A DNA stretch of 52,146 nucleotides from Acaryochloridaceae cyanobacterium VAR_48_metabat_390. GTDB taxonomy: Bacteria; Cyanobacteriota; Cyanobacteriia; Thermosynechococcales; Thermosynechococcaceae. The stretch covers positions 1-52,146 of the forward strand of contig JANPLU010000084.1 in the NCBI GenBank assembly GCA_031422435.1, written 5' to 3'. Both the position numbers and the translations under genes were made by a program. Below, piece after piece: positions 11,906 to 23,600 of this stretch. Each line of letters starts with the position of its first letter. Position 1 is the stretch's first letter. A model generated the notes under the pieces. The model ran no database searches. It was not told the DNA's origin and saw only the letters and a program-made list of their open reading frames with translations.

Positions 11906-12271
11906 CTAACCTTTGAGTAATTTTTGAATCGTAGACAAAAGCTCTTTAGGCTGGAACGGTTTAGCAAGGTATGCATCTGCACCTTGCTTCATTCCCCAGT
12001 AGCGATCAAATTCTTCTGTTTTTGAGGAGCATAGGACAACAGGCAGGCTCTGGATGGTGGGGTCTGTCTTTATTTTGCGACAGACTTCATATCCATTCAT
12101 GCGAGGCATGATAATGTCTAGAACGACAATGTCAGGCTGAACCTTTTGGATCTGTTCCCAAGCTTCGACCCCGTCAGTTGCAACTAAAACTGTTAAACCA
12201 AATTGCTCTAGTACGCTGCTCATCAGTTGACGCTGAGTCATACTATCATCAACAATCAACACCTTGACCAT
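11906..12271 (-). CDS. CheY-like response regulator (PilH type)
   Basis: VLIVDDS, LDIIMPRMNGYEVCR, FDRYWGMKQGADAYLAKPF. Confidence 0.92.
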   Translation of the reverse strand: MVKVLIVDDSMTQRQLMSSVLEQFGLTVLVATDGVEAWEQIQKVQPDIVVLDIIMPRMNGYEVCRKIKTDPTIQSLPVVLCSSKTEEFDRYWGMKQGADAYLAKPFQPKELLSTIQKLLKG

Positions 12272-12778
12272 TCGCTAATACCTAGTTGCTGTGCTCTTCA
12301 TGTGTGCAGTAAAATTTTTTCTAGTGGGTACGTAAACCCGTAGAAATAAAGTAAAACTGCTGCAAACAAATCTAAAGTTTTTTGCTTTAGCGAGAGGGTC
12401 TTAAGCTTGTAGGCTGATGACCAAACAATAGGCCTTTGAAGTCTGAAGACTTTCCTTAAGATTTACCTATTTTTAGACTGTATATCTGTGGCAATGAAAA
12501 AATCATTACTGGATGTACAGACTCGCTCTAGCACAAATATGCTTGCCCACTTAGGGTACCCGCTCGATAGAGGCAAATTACGCTATTGGGCACTAAGAAT
12601 ACAAATAAGTTTTCTAAGGCAGTGTGGTGAGATTGATCGTTTCCATAACAGCTCTCAACCACAAAGCTTAGAGGAGTTCTGGAAGCACCCGCAAAGTTCT
12701 TACTCAAAACACTCAGTCAGAAAGCCATTTCAAGATAAAATTAGGACTGAAAGTTACGGAGCCTCAACGCAAACTCGT

Positions 12779-12868
12779 ATGGATATCCTGACATTAGGCT
12801 GGGTTTCTTTGCTAACGCTATTTACGTTTTCGATCGCCATGGTGGTCTGGGGTCGCCACGGCATGTAG
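12779..12868 (+). CDS. petN: Cytochrome b6f complex subunit VIII
   Basis: 29 aa [29 protein letters not shown] matches the PetN consensus; it is the C-terminus of track ORF 12488..12868. Confidence 0.95.
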   Translation: MDILTLGWVSLLTLFTFSIAMVVWGRHGM

Positions 12869-12922
12869 TATTGATCACCCAATTGATTTAGTTTATCTAT
12901 CTCTAGCTCAGTAAAAGAAAGC

Positions 12923-13069
12923 GTGGAAGTTTCACCCGTCAGCATACTGTCGGCTGCGGTACTTGGCCTACTCGTTATTGTGACGGGGGGAGTAGCATAC
13001 CTAACGCTAGCCGAGTGGCGCGATCGCCGACGAAAAGATAATGAAAAACGCGAGGCCCGTCGCCGATAA
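12923..13069 (+). CDS. Small single-TM hypothetical protein (48 aa), not in the ORF track
   Basis: GTG start; MEVSPVSILSAAVLGLLVIVTGGVAYLTLAEWRDRRRKDNEKREARRR; hydrophobic helix plus basic tail; stop 3 nt before the argS ATG. Confidence 0.75.
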   Translation: MEVSPVSILSAAVLGLLVIVTGGVAYLTLAEWRDRRRKDNEKREARRR

Positions 13070-13072
13070 GCT

Positions 13073-14836
13073 ATGGCTTCAGTTCAAGAGACATTAAAAG
13101 ACCGACTCCAAGCCGCGCTTGGAGCGGCATTTGGGGATGAATTTGCGGCGATAGATCCAGTGCTTGGGGTAACGACGAACCCTAAGTTCGGAGACTATCA
13201 GGCGAATGTTGCGCTGCCGTTGGCGAAACGGGTCAGTTTGTCCCCCCGTGAGGTAGCGGCTAAAATTGTGGCAGCGTTATGTATTGATGACATTTGCGAT
13301 GTTCCGGAGATTGCCGGCCCTGGGTTCATCAATTTAACGCTCAAGCCTGCTTTTTTAGAAGGGCAGCTTAGAATGATCGCCGCAGACTCTCGCTTGGGCA
13401 TCCCAACGGTTCAACATCCGCGGCGCGTGGTGGTAGATTACCCCAGCCCTAACATTGCCAAAGAAATGCACGTTGGGCATCTACGTCCGGCAGTGATTGG
13501 AGAATGTCTGGCAAGAGTGCTGGAGTTTTTGGGGCACGATGTACTGCGGGTGAGCCACGTCGGCGATTGGGGAACACCCTTTGGGATGCTGATTGCCCAT
13601 TTGCGCTCACAATACCCCACAGCTTTAGATGCAGATAACGACTTAAGCTTGGGCGAACTGTCTACGTTTTATCGAGAGGCGAAGCAGCGGTTTGATGCCG
13701 ATGAAGCCTTTCAGGATGCGGCGCGGTTGGCGGTGGTGCAGCTTCAGGCCGGAGATGCTGAAACCCTTAAGGCTTGGAAGATTGTTTGTGACCTGTCAAA
13801 GCGCTCCTATCGGTTGATTTATGACCTGATGGGGGTTTCGCCAGAGATTTGCGATCGCGGTGAATCGTTTTATAACTCAATGCTCCCTGAGGTGGTTTCA
13901 GCGCTGGATGCGGCGGAGCTACTGGTAGAAAATCAGGGTGCCCAGTGCGTGTTTCTCGAGGGCTACACCAACAAGGCAGGGGAACCGCTGCCGATGATTG
14001 TGCAAAAGTCTGACGGGGGGTACAACTATGCCACCACAGATTTAGCCGCCATTCGCTACCGGATTCAGGCGGATAAAGCAGATCGGCTAGTCTACACCAC
14101 AGACGTTGGGCAATCGAATCACTTTGCCCAGGTCTTTCAGGTCGTGCGTCGAGCGGGATGGGTGCCACAGACGGTAGAGCTAGTCCATGCACCCTTTGGT
14201 TTGGTGCTAGGAGAAGACGGGAAGCGGATTAAAACCCGCTCTGGAGATACGGTGCCCCTGAAGGATTTGCTAGAAGAGGCGATCGCCCGTACCCGTGCAG
14301 ATTTCCAGCAGCGTCTGCAAACCGAAGATCGCTCAGAATCTGAAGACTTTGTAGAAGATGCAGCGCGAACCATTGGCATTGGGGCAGTCAAGTATGCAGA
14401 TTTAAGCCAAAACCGCACCAGCAACTATATCTTTAGCTACGACAAGATGCTGGCGCTTCAGGGCAATACGGCACCCTATATGCTGTATGCCTACGTTAGG
14501 GTGCAGGGCATTAGCCGCAAGGGCAACATTGATTTTGATCAAATTGCGTCTGATTTACCCATCGCCCTTGAAGACGAAGCAGAGCTAGTGCTGCTCAAGC
14601 ACATTTTGCAGATGGCGGACGTGATTGCTCAAGTTAGTGAAGACTTGATGCCGAATCGTTTGTGTCAGTATTTGTTTGAGCTAAGCCAAAAGTTTAATCA
14701 GTTCTATGACCGCTGCTCGGTTTTGGATGCCCCAGAACCCCAGCGCACGACAAGGCTGCTACTGTGCCACACCACAGCGCGGACGCTTAAGCTAGGGCTT
14801 TCTTTGCTAGGGATTTCTGTTTTAGAACGAATGTAG
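13073..14836 (+). CDS. argS: Arginine--tRNA ligase
   Basis: [53 protein letters not shown]-terminal LERM. Confidence 0.97.
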   Translation: MASVQETLKDRLQAALGAAFGDEFAAIDPVLGVTTNPKFGDYQANVALPLAKRVSLSPREVAAKIVAALCIDDICDVPEIAGPGFINLTLKPAFLEGQLRMIAADSRLGIPTVQHPRRVVVDYPSPNIAKEMHVGHLRPAVIGECLARVLEFLGHDVLRVSHVGDWGTPFGMLIAHLRSQYPTALDADNDLSLGELSTFYREAKQRFDADEAFQDAARLAVVQLQAGDAETLKAWKIVCDLSKRSYRLIYDLMGVSPEICDRGESFYNSMLPEVVSALDAAELLVENQGAQCVFLEGYTNKAGEPLPMIVQKSDGGYNYATTDLAAIRYRIQADKADRLVYTTDVGQSNHFAQVFQVVRRAGWVPQTVELVHAPFGLVLGEDGKRIKTRSGDTVPLKDLLEEAIARTRADFQQRLQTEDRSESEDFVEDAARTIGIGAVKYADLSQNRTSNYIFSYDKMLALQGNTAPYMLYAYVRVQGISRKGNIDFDQIASDLPIALEDEAELVLLKHILQMADVIAQVSEDLMPNRLCQYLFELSQKFNQFYDRCSVLDAPEPQRTTRLLLCHTTARTLKLGLSLLGISVLERM

Positions 14837-14860
14837 TAGGGGCGCAAGGCCTTGCGCCTC
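14836..14860. repeat. GTAG-type REP-like palindrome between convergent genes
   Basis: gtaggggcgcaaggccttgcgcctc. Confidence 0.6.
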
Positions 14861-14874
14861 TGTAGGATGTACAT

Positions 14875-15507
14875 TTAAAGCTTAGAGACGGCTGCCGAAC
14901 CCTTGAGATACCAGCGCCAGGGAATTTCTACGCCCTGGGTTAGCCCAATACGAGTAGTTTGAACCAGTTCTAGAGATAAAATTTCTGCATCCGCCTCTCG
15001 TAAAGGATGCTCAAGCCAAAGGGGCTGACCGTGCATCAACGGAACCTGGCTCAAGCTGCGGTCAATCTCAAGGCACCGACAGAGTTTGCCTGGGCCTGCT
15101 GCCAACCTCGCTTGAGCCTTGGGCGACAGCGCTGGCTTTGAGATTATGTCTTGCAGCGCAAGGGCACGAATCAAGACGGCACTGGCTATGCCATCTTGAT
15201 CGGTCACAACATTAAAGCAGTGGTATATGCCATAGATTAAATAAACATAGCTATAGCCCGCAACACCAAACATCACAGTGTTCCGTGGGGTACGTTTGCG
15301 GTAGGCATGGCAGGCGGGGTCATCAGGGCCATAGGCTTCTGTTTCAACAATGATGCCCCGCAGTCGTTCGCCATTAGGGAGCTGCCGAACTAGGACGCAG
15401 CCAATAAGGTCAGGGGCAACTTCTGGCGCAGGACGAGCAAACCACTGCGGCTCAATGACGGGAGAGGGGTGGGTTGAGATCAAAACGTTGTGAACTGTAG
15501 AGGGCAA
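14875..15507 (-). CDS. mpg: DNA-3-methyladenine glycosylase (AAG/MPG family)
   Basis: IVETEAY, YVYLIYGIYHCFNVV, AVLIRA, GPGKLC, TTRIG; start codon uncertain. Confidence 0.92.
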   Translation of the reverse strand: MPSTVHNVLISTHPSPVIEPQWFARPAPEVAPDLIGCVLVRQLPNGERLRGIIVETEAYGPDDPACHAYRKRTPRNTVMFGVAGYSYVYLIYGIYHCFNVVTDQDGIASAVLIRALALQDIISKPALSPKAQARLAAGPGKLCRCLEIDRSLSQVPLMHGQPLWLEHPLREADAEILSLELVQTTRIGLTQGVEIPWRWYLKGSAAVSKL

Positions 15508-15708
15508 ATTTTGGCAGCGTTTAATTCAATTGTAAAGACGTTGCAGTTTCAGCAACCGCGCACCGATTGATTCAGGCTTGCACCATTGTTATAAAAGCAT
15601 GAGCCGTTGCGTCAGGAGAGTTGAGCCAGTTTGAGGAATTAACCCAATATCTTGCGCTGATGTCTGTCGACAGACTAATAATGAGGGTGCATTGTATTCA
15701 ATGACATC

Positions 15709-16302
15709 ATGGATTCTTCTGTCGATGCGATCGCCTCTCTCTCTCTGACTGATCACCGTCAGTGGGGAAATGCAGTGGCACAGCCTACGGGCGATCAGCT
15801 AGACAATATCAAAACGCAGATTGACTTAGTGCTGATGGCGTTAGAGGCGTTGACGGGCATTGGGTCTGACGCCATGCTTCAGGCTGCGGTCGATCTGGGC
15901 GTTCAGGAAATGGTGGGCGATCGCGTGGCGCTGTGGCGGCTGCGGCAGTCTAACCCGATTCGACGAGGGACAGGCGGACGCAAAAAGCTGGATATAGAAG
16001 AAGCGCGATCGCTGGTACTGATTAGCTGCCATCTGGCTCAAAAACACCATGAAACAATTCGTCGTGCAGTGTGTCTGCTTGAAGAATTAGCCGAGCAAAA
16101 CCGACCACCCCACCAAGCCGCGTTGCTCGGAGACTATCTCGATCAGTTTACAAACCTCTACCAAGAACGGATGGAAGATGACCACCGCACCCCAGCAGCC
16201 TTAACCGATATCGGGTTAAAACTGTTGATAGACCTATTGTTCTATAGTGCGCCTCAAGGCATTCGTCGGTTGTGGATGGCTCTCTTAGATCGCACCCAAT
16301 AG
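15709..16302 (+). CDS. Conserved cyanobacterial protein (DUF3038-like)
   Basis: IDLVLMALEAL, RVALWRLRQSNPIRR, LLFYS...RRLWMALLD. Confidence 0.75.
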   Translation: MDSSVDAIASLSLTDHRQWGNAVAQPTGDQLDNIKTQIDLVLMALEALTGIGSDAMLQAAVDLGVQEMVGDRVALWRLRQSNPIRRGTGGRKKLDIEEARSLVLISCHLAQKHHETIRRAVCLLEELAEQNRPPHQAALLGDYLDQFTNLYQERMEDDHRTPAALTDIGLKLLIDLLFYSAPQGIRRLWMALLDRTQ

Positions 16303-16381
16303 ACCGAACCCAGTAGATTGAACACAGACAAAGTATTTGGCTTACCCTGTTCTTCCATGATTTCTTTGGCAACGAAGCATA

Positions 16382-17713
16382 ATGTCTGTTCTTAGCCCCA
16401 CCATTTCTAAGCTATACACGCCGCCCACCTGCACGCTTGAGGTGACGGCAAAAACATCTCCTCTGTCGCGGTGGACGCGGACGCCAGCCATTAAATCACT
16501 TCAGTTTTTGCTCAGTTTTGACAGTTCAGCGCAGCGTGCCCGTGAACCGATTGAAATCTATGGCGATCAGACCCAGCTATCGGCACTCACAGAAACCGTC
16601 ACCCAGTACATTCAAACGATTCTGGCAAGTCGAGCGACGGAGCTGCCCTTATCTGGGTCGCAGTCGGGGCCGAAAACTGAACCGTCAGCGCCAGCCCCCG
16701 ATGATGGGACTGCTGAACTTGCGCTGCGGCCTCGCAGCCTGCTGACCCATGAATTAATGCTGGGCAGCTTAGCCACGGCTCAATCTGGTTCAAGTCTGCT
16801 GCTGAAGGTATCTCAACTCTATGACCTAGCAACGGCGCTAGAAGACTGCACGACTGACCTCCAGCAAATACCAACCCTGATTGCGGCAGAACGACCTGCT
16901 GCTGTAATGCCCTTTCTTAGAAGCGCTGCGGTGGTGTTGTTGACGGTGGGTCTAGGAACCGCTACTTGGCGATTATTTCAGACTGGACCTGTTGCGGTTA
17001 ATCCATCCGCATCGACCTCAAAAACTGCAATGGCTCCGTCTGCGACGCCGCTTCCATCGGCACCGTCTCCTTTGCCGTCTGCGCTTTCGCGTCCCCTTAA
17101 TTTGCCGTCTATTCAGCTCCCTAACCGTTCTGACAACTCCATTACTGCCAGACGTTCAGGCAATCAAAACCTAAATCAAGCCGAACCCTCCTCGTCCGCA
17201 AGGCCGCAACCCGCTGGACAATCTCGCGCTACCACCAACGCGCCACCCCAGAGCATTGCGAGTCTTCCGTCTATTGAAGCCCCATCTGTGCCAAACGCTG
17301 CTGGATCTCAGGCAGATGCTTCTGCGCCGTCCAGCATCGGGAGTACAATGCGTTCTAGAGCTTTGTCTCAAGCCCTTGAGTCGGCTCCTGCGCCCCAAAG
17401 ATCGGCTACTGGACAATCGACCTTGTTTGATATCACACCACAGGTGTCTGAAGTTCGTGATTATGTGGCATCTCGATGGCAACCGTCGTCCCCTCCGCCC
17501 AAGACGCTAGAGTATCGGGTGACGGTCAATGCAGATGGGTCGCTCGGTGCAATTGAACCCCTTGGCGCATCAGCCCAGCAGTATCTTAATCAGCTGCCAC
17601 TACCGCAGTCTTCTTCTGTCTTTGTCTCTGCGTCGGGTACTCGTTCTAATATTCGGCTGCTGCTGCGTCAGGATGGCACAGTCCAAACTTTTCTGGACGA
17701 AGCGGGTCAATAA
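16382..17713 (+). CDS. Conserved cyanobacterial membrane protein (DUF4335-like)
   Basis: YTPPTCTLEV, SQLYDLATALE, one TM helix, Pro/Ser-rich linker, C-terminal LEYRV domain; commonly follows DUF3038. Confidence 0.7.
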   Translation: MSVLSPTISKLYTPPTCTLEVTAKTSPLSRWTRTPAIKSLQFLLSFDSSAQRAREPIEIYGDQTQLSALTETVTQYIQTILASRATELPLSGSQSGPKTEPSAPAPDDGTAELALRPRSLLTHELMLGSLATAQSGSSLLLKVSQLYDLATALEDCTTDLQQIPTLIAAERPAAVMPFLRSAAVVLLTVGLGTATWRLFQTGPVAVNPSASTSKTAMAPSATPLPSAPSPLPSALSRPLNLPSIQLPNRSDNSITARRSGNQNLNQAEPSSSARPQPAGQSRATTNAPPQSIASLPSIEAPSVPNAAGSQADASAPSSIGSTMRSRALSQALESAPAPQRSATGQSTLFDITPQVSEVRDYVASRWQPSSPPPKTLEYRVTVNADGSLGAIEPLGASAQQYLNQLPLPQSSSVFVSASGTRSNIRLLLRQDGTVQTFLDEAGQ

Positions 17714-18762
17714 TGATGGCTGAAGCTTCTACAAAGACTGTTTTGACTTCGGCGCTGCCTACTCCACATTTGCTAAGTGTGGCTCCGATGATGGATCGCA
17801 CTGATCGCCATTTTCGCTCTTTCTTGCGACAAATTACGCGACGAACCCTGCTGTATACCGAAATGGTGACAAGTGCTGCCATTCTGCATGGCGATCGCCA
17901 CTATCTCCTCGCCTTCTCACCCGCCGAAAAGCCCTTAGCACTTCAGGTGGGCGGAGATAACCCCAAGGCGCTGGCACTATGTGCCCAAATTGCCACAGAC
18001 ATGGGCTATGACGAAATTAATCTCAACGTAGGGTGCCCTAGCGATCGCGTCCAGAGCGGCAACTTTGGCGCTTGCCTCATGGCTCAGCCAGAGCGGGTGG
18101 CAGAGTGCGTGGCGGCAATGCGGCAGGCAGGGTCTATCCCTGTGACGGTGAAGCACCGGATTGGCATTGATGACCGTGACGCTTATGAAGATATGGTGCA
18201 GTTTGTGACGACCGTTGCGGCAGCAGGATGCGATCGCTTTTCGGTACACGCGCGCAAAGCATGGCTGCAAGGCTTAAGTCCAAAGGAAAACCGCGACGTG
18301 CCGCCGTTGCGCTATACAGACGTATATCGACTTAAGCAAGATTTCCCGCAGTTAGCGATTGAAATCAATGGCGGAATCCAGACCCTTGCTCAAGCGCAAG
18401 ATCACCTAAAGCAGGTGGATGCGGTCATGATTGGGCGCGCTGCCTACGATACGCCGTTTATGTTTGCGTCAGCCGATCAGATGATTTATGGAGAAAATTC
18501 GCCGCCACCTACCCATGAATCTATCGTAAAGGCGATGCTGCCCTACATTGTACAGTGGACAGAGCAGGGGCAGAGACTGCATAAGATTACGCGGCACATG
18601 CTTCAGCTTTTTGCGGGTCAACCTGGAAGCCGTCAGTGGAAACGCTGCTTGACGGAACGATCTTCTGAGACAGGCGCTGGCGTGGAGGTTGTTCAATTGG
18701 CACTTTCTCAAGTGCTAGCAGCACAGGCTCGCGGCACCGAAACATCGCAGATTCAAAAATGA
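17713..18762 (+). CDS. dusA: tRNA dihydrouridine(20/20a) synthase
   Basis: SVAPMMDRTDRHFR, INLNVGCPSDRVQ, HARKAWLQGLSPKENRDVPPL. Confidence 0.95.
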   Translation: MMAEASTKTVLTSALPTPHLLSVAPMMDRTDRHFRSFLRQITRRTLLYTEMVTSAAILHGDRHYLLAFSPAEKPLALQVGGDNPKALALCAQIATDMGYDEINLNVGCPSDRVQSGNFGACLMAQPERVAECVAAMRQAGSIPVTVKHRIGIDDRDAYEDMVQFVTTVAAAGCDRFSVHARKAWLQGLSPKENRDVPPLRYTDVYRLKQDFPQLAIEINGGIQTLAQAQDHLKQVDAVMIGRAAYDTPFMFASADQMIYGENSPPPTHESIVKAMLPYIVQWTEQGQRLHKITRHMLQLFAGQPGSRQWKRCLTERSSETGAGVEVVQLALSQVLAAQARGTETSQIQK

Positions 18763-18778
18763 AGCGCAGGAATACTTT

Positions 18779-19144
18779 TTAAGACCTTTTTCGATTTAAG
18801 CCCTGCTTAAAATTGAGAGGAAACAGTGTTGTCTCATCAAAAAATGCCCCTTTGAGCTGAGCATCATTGAGAGTGGCGCTACGAAGATCTGCAAAGTAGA
18901 GTTTTGCCCCCCGTAAGTTGGTGCGGCCAAGGTTGGTGCTTGCTAAATTTGCATGTTGTAAATTCGCCCCGCTGAGGTTGCTCCCAAATAGATCGGCTCC
19001 GCGTAGGTCGGCATAGCTGAGGTCAGCATAGCTGAAATCTACGAAGCTGAGCTTTGCGTTAAAAAGCACGGCTGCGTTCAATTGAGCTTCAGAAAATTGC
19101 CTAATGCCTTGTGAATACTGTGCAAGCAGTTCTTGCGCGTTCAT
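18779..19144 (-). CDS. Pentapeptide repeat protein
   Basis: Repeats ADLSY/ADLRG/ANLQH; typical MNAQELL...Y..G.R.F start, so ATG at 19144 is preferred to the longer overlapping call. Confidence 0.85.
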   Translation of the reverse strand: MNAQELLAQYSQGIRQFSEAQLNAAVLFNAKLSFVDFSYADLSYADLRGADLFGSNLSGANLQHANLASTNLGRTNLRGAKLYFADLRSATLNDAQLKGAFFDETTLFPLNFKQGLNRKRS

Positions 19145-19220
19145 AGCGATTTGCCTTTGGAGCACCATCCCTAAACTAGGATACGCGCTTTGTTCACTTT
19201 TTCTAAGGGGGTCTGGCGGC

Positions 19221-20504
19221 TTAACTGTTTTTCTCTTGAGACAAAAGGGGTCGCGGGACGGGCTGATTAAATACAGCCTCAATGCCATTGCGGCGCTGCT
19301 CGATGGATTCTACCGTTGAAGTCCATAGGGTTTCGTAGAAAAAGAAGGATACGCCTGCAAATTGGCGATCGCGCACCCATTCAACCTGCTGCTGAATCCA
19401 GCTCATCGGGACATCTCGATTTTTAAGACCCGACAGAATGCCGATGCTGACAGGGATATGCTGCCGCGCTTTCTGAAGCTCAGGGCGTTCTAGCTCCATC
19501 AAAAAGCGGTTACGGTCTTTACGATAAACCTGAATAACAAGCTCTTCAACGTAGCCCAGCTGCTCCCAGGCTGTCCAATCTTGCAAAAACACATCATAGG
19601 AAAATTGTGCAGGGTTGGGTGAAAGCGATATTAATGCTTTAGGATTTTTAGCCTTGACCGCCCGAAATATAGCTGCCATCAATCCCGTGATCTTGTCCGC
19701 CCGCCAACGCATCCAGGCTTTATTCTGCGGGTTTTTGGGCGGATTTTTGCCCTGATGCTCTTGCTGGTAGAGTTTAACGGTAAACGGGTCATAGCCTAGT
19801 TCTACGGGTAGACCAAAGTGGTCGTCTAGCTGGATGCCCTCTACGCTGTAGTTTGTGACCACTTCAACCATAAGGCTTGTGATAAATTGCTGAACCTCTG
19901 GGTGAAAAGGATTAAGCCATACTCTTAGATCCTGACCTTCCTTCACCACTGCGTTGCCATCTCGACGTTGAGTCAGCCAGTCAGGATGACGTTTTGCTAA
20001 GTCTGAGTTAGCCGGAGCCATTAACCCAAATTCAAACCAGGGAATCACGCTGATATTTTTGGCGTGAGCTAGGTCTATGAGTTCTTTGAGCATGTCGCGA
20101 TCGCCCTGTTCCATTTCACGAGCATCGGGCTGTCCGGTATTGCCTAAATCAGGGTAGAGCCGCTGCGAGGTGCCAAGGGCAGATTCTGCGACTTTGCTAG
20201 GGTAGAGAGTATAGCCCCAGTTCCAGACCGTAGGGTACACCGTATTGAAGTTGAGGTTCGCAAGGCGACGGATGCCTTTTTTAAGGCGATCGCGGGAAAA
20301 CAACACGTCGCTGTCAATATTCGTTAGCCAAACCCCACGCAGTTCGGTCTTGGGAGAAGTCACTTTAGAAGGCTGAGCCATTGAGCGAAGCAAAACGACC
20401 CAGCCTATCACCACCATAAAAATGAACAGCCACAGCATCCTACGTCTCCTCCAATCCCAATGCTTTAGCATTCTTTGTCCCAACGCTGCAAAACTCCTCA
20501 TCAT
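19221..20504 (-). CDS. Glycoside hydrolase-like 10 (GHL10/YddW) protein
   Basis: ELRGVWLTNIDS, NFNTVYPTVWNWG, IPWFEFG, WLNPFHPEVQ, GIQLDDHF; N-terminal TM anchor. Confidence 0.88.
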   Translation of the reverse strand: MMRSFAALGQRMLKHWDWRRRRMLWLFIFMVVIGWVVLLRSMAQPSKVTSPKTELRGVWLTNIDSDVLFSRDRLKKGIRRLANLNFNTVYPTVWNWGYTLYPSKVAESALGTSQRLYPDLGNTGQPDAREMEQGDRDMLKELIDLAHAKNISVIPWFEFGLMAPANSDLAKRHPDWLTQRRDGNAVVKEGQDLRVWLNPFHPEVQQFITSLMVEVVTNYSVEGIQLDDHFGLPVELGYDPFTVKLYQQEHQGKNPPKNPQNKAWMRWRADKITGLMAAIFRAVKAKNPKALISLSPNPAQFSYDVFLQDWTAWEQLGYVEELVIQVYRKDRNRFLMELERPELQKARQHIPVSIGILSGLKNRDVPMSWIQQQVEWVRDRQFAGVSFFFYETLWTSTVESIEQRRNGIEAVFNQPVPRPLLSQEKNS

Positions 20505-20679
20505 TTGCCAAACCGCTTCCTTCTAAACGACAGAAATTGCCATAGCATAGTAGACAGCACTCAAGCATTGCGTCAGCAGATTTCTCTGGCGTAATCTTTT
20601 ATGCATAGGATTGAGAATTCTCGCTCATAGTGAAGTCCCTTCCTCTGAACGCGTCAGCGTCAGCCTATGTGAAACGCCT

Positions 20680-23600
20680 ATGGCCTTGCTTCACGGTACC
20701 TGGATTCATCCTTCCTTAACGCAGCTAGATCCACAATCTTTATCCATCTGCGAGCAGCCCTTAGAAAGCCTATTTTTTATTTGGGGAGAAACTTGGCGCA
20801 GTCTATCAACGACGATTTCTTCACACCCAGACGCCGCCCCTTTGGGTCTCGTGCCCCATCCCTTAAGTTTGTCAGCCGCTGAGTTAACGGCCTATGTGCA
20901 GACGCTCCATCAGAAAGGCGCAGTTAATTTACCCTCAAGCCTTAGCACAGCCCTTCATGCCTACGACTGCAAGCAGCCGCATAAATATCCGGCAGAGTGG
21001 CAAGAGCGCGCCTTAGGGCTATTGTGCCGTTGGACTAAAGACGAAGTGCTTCCACTGCATTCGGGCGCTGTAGTAGAACCGACAGAAGACGTCTGCTTGT
21101 ATCCATTTCAGGTGGGCGGGCTGTGTTTAAGCGCGGCGGCTGCCACTGAGTTTTTGCTTGCTATTCCGCTCAGTGCAGACCTTCAAACTGAAGATCCTCT
21201 GGGGAAAGATCTTCGGTACTGGAGCCACGTCTCACGGTGGAGCTTAGATTTGCTCGTGCGATCTAAGGTGCTGCCTTCTCTGCAACAAGATCGGGGTGGC
21301 TCTGTTTATGCCTCCTGGCAGCCGCTGTTAGACAGCGCCTTAGACCAGGCACGACTGCGACAGATGCAGGCTCAAATGCCGCTGGTTTGTCAGTACTGTT
21401 GCAACGCATCTGCTGGCAAGGCGGAACAGCCGCCTGCCTTGGCATTGCCGACGCCTTCTCAATCTATTTTATTAGCATCCCTTCAGCAGCTTGTAGATCA
21501 GCAGGTTCGGCGCATCCTTGGCGGCGAAAGCAGTATCGCTGCACTGACCAAAATACAGGATAAAAACCTATCTGAATGGCTGTCTGCGCTGGAACGTCCC
21601 ACGGGAGAAATGAGTTTCAAAAGGGAACCGGGCGATCACTCCGAATCTGGCGATCGCCTTCTCTCGGCCTTTTTCACTTGGACCCAACCCCTTCAGCTTG
21701 CCTCGACTCAGCAACAGGCCTTTCACGCAGTTTTTTCTTTGACTCCACCCCTGCCCTCTTCTCAAAGCTGGATTGTGAGCTACGGGCTACAGGCTACCGC
21801 TGACCCGACCTGTTGGGTCAGCGCAGAGCAGATTTGGGCGACCCCTTCGCCATCACTTTCTATTCAGGGACACATCTTGGAGCATCCTCAAGAAACGCTG
21901 CTGGCGGGGTTGGGGCGCGCCTCACGGGTGTATCCGGCGATTGAAGAGAGTCTACAGATGGCGCGCCCCATTCAGCACACTCTCACTCCAATTCAGGCCT
22001 ATGAATTTTTAAAGGCCGTGACATGGCGTTTAGAAGATAGCGGCTTTGGCGTTATTGTGCCGCCCAAGCTGGCGAATCGAGAAGGGTGGGCGAATCGCTT
22101 GGGCTTACAGGTTCGTGCCGCCGTACCCACAACGGCGAAAGCCGCCGCCATTACGCTCACCAGTCTGCTGAACTTCAAATGGGAACTCACCATTGGTGGA
22201 CAGCGCTTGTCTAAGGGCGAATTTGACCACTTGATATCTCTCAATTCACCCTTGGTTGAAGTAAATGGCGAGTGGGTGGAGCTAAGACCCCAGGATATTC
22301 GCTCTGCTGAGGCGTTTTTTGCCAGCCGTCAGGGACAGGCCGGACTTACGCTTGAAGACGCGCTAAAGCTGAATACAGGCGATGTATTGACCCTAGATAA
22401 GCTGCCTGTGGTGAAATTTGAAGCCACAGGTGCCCTAGAGCAGCTCTTAGAGACCCTTAGCGGCAACCAAACAGTTCAGCCCATTGAGCAGCCTAAGCAG
22501 TTTGAGGGAACGCTTCGCCCTTATCAATCGCTGGGTGCAGGCTGGCTTTCTTTTCTAGAGCAGTGGAATTTAGGGGCTTGTCTGGCCGACGACATGGGAT
22601 TAGGCAAAACCATTCAGCTCATTGCGTTTTTGCTGCACCTAAAGGCAGAAAAGCGCTGGAGCGGCGCTATGCTGCTGATTTGTCCGACCTCCGTTTTGGG
22701 AAACTGGGAGCGAGAGCTAAAGCGCTTTGCCCCTACCCTTAAAATCATGCTGCATCACGGCGCAGGACGGCTTCAGGGAAAACCCTTTGCTCAGGCGGCT
22801 GCAAAGCATGATGTGGTGTTGACCAGCTATCCGCTGGTGCATCGAGATGAAAAGGCGCTGGTTGCCGTGAATTGGCAGACCATTATTTTAGATGAAGCCC
22901 AAAATATCAAAAATCCTGAAGCGCGACAGTCTCAAGCGATCCGTAAGCTTCAGGCCAAAACTCGCATTGCCCTGACCGGAACGCCGCTCGAAAATCGGCT
23001 CACGGAACTATGGTCGATTCTGGACTTTCTGAACCCGGGCTACCTTGGCTCCAAGGCATTTTTTCAGAAGCGGTTTGCGGTGCCCATTGAAAAGTATGGC
23101 GATACGGCTTCGCTTCAGACGCTGCGATCGCTGGCTCAACCCTTCATCTTGCGGCGCACTAAAACTGATCGCACCATCATCCAAGATCTGCCCGACAAAC
23201 AGGAGATGACGGTCTTTTGCCCGCTCACCCCAGAGCAGGCCGCACTGTATGAAAAAACGGTGCAAGATTCTCTCGCCGCAGTGGAATCTGCCGAAGGGAT
23301 TCAGCGCCACGGCGTAATTTTAGCTACACTTACAAAGCTCAAGCAGATCTGCAACCATCCCGCTCAGTTTTTGAAGGAGGCAGCTTTAACAGATACCCCC
23401 CAACGGTCTGGCAAGCTGAAGCGGCTAGAGGAGATGTTGGAGGAGGCACTGATGGAGGGCGATCGCGCCCTAATCTTCACCCAATTTGCCGAAATGGGGA
23501 AACTGCTTCAGGGCTATTTGCAGCAGACCCTCAACCGCGAAACGCTGCTGCTGTACGGCGGCATCTCAAAGCCGAAGCGCGAAGCCATGATTGATCGGTT

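Noticed and set aside
12488..12868. 126-aa ORF suggesting an N-terminally extended PetN
   Set aside because: Only the last 29 codons match PetN and they have their own ATG; the extension looks like a chance open frame
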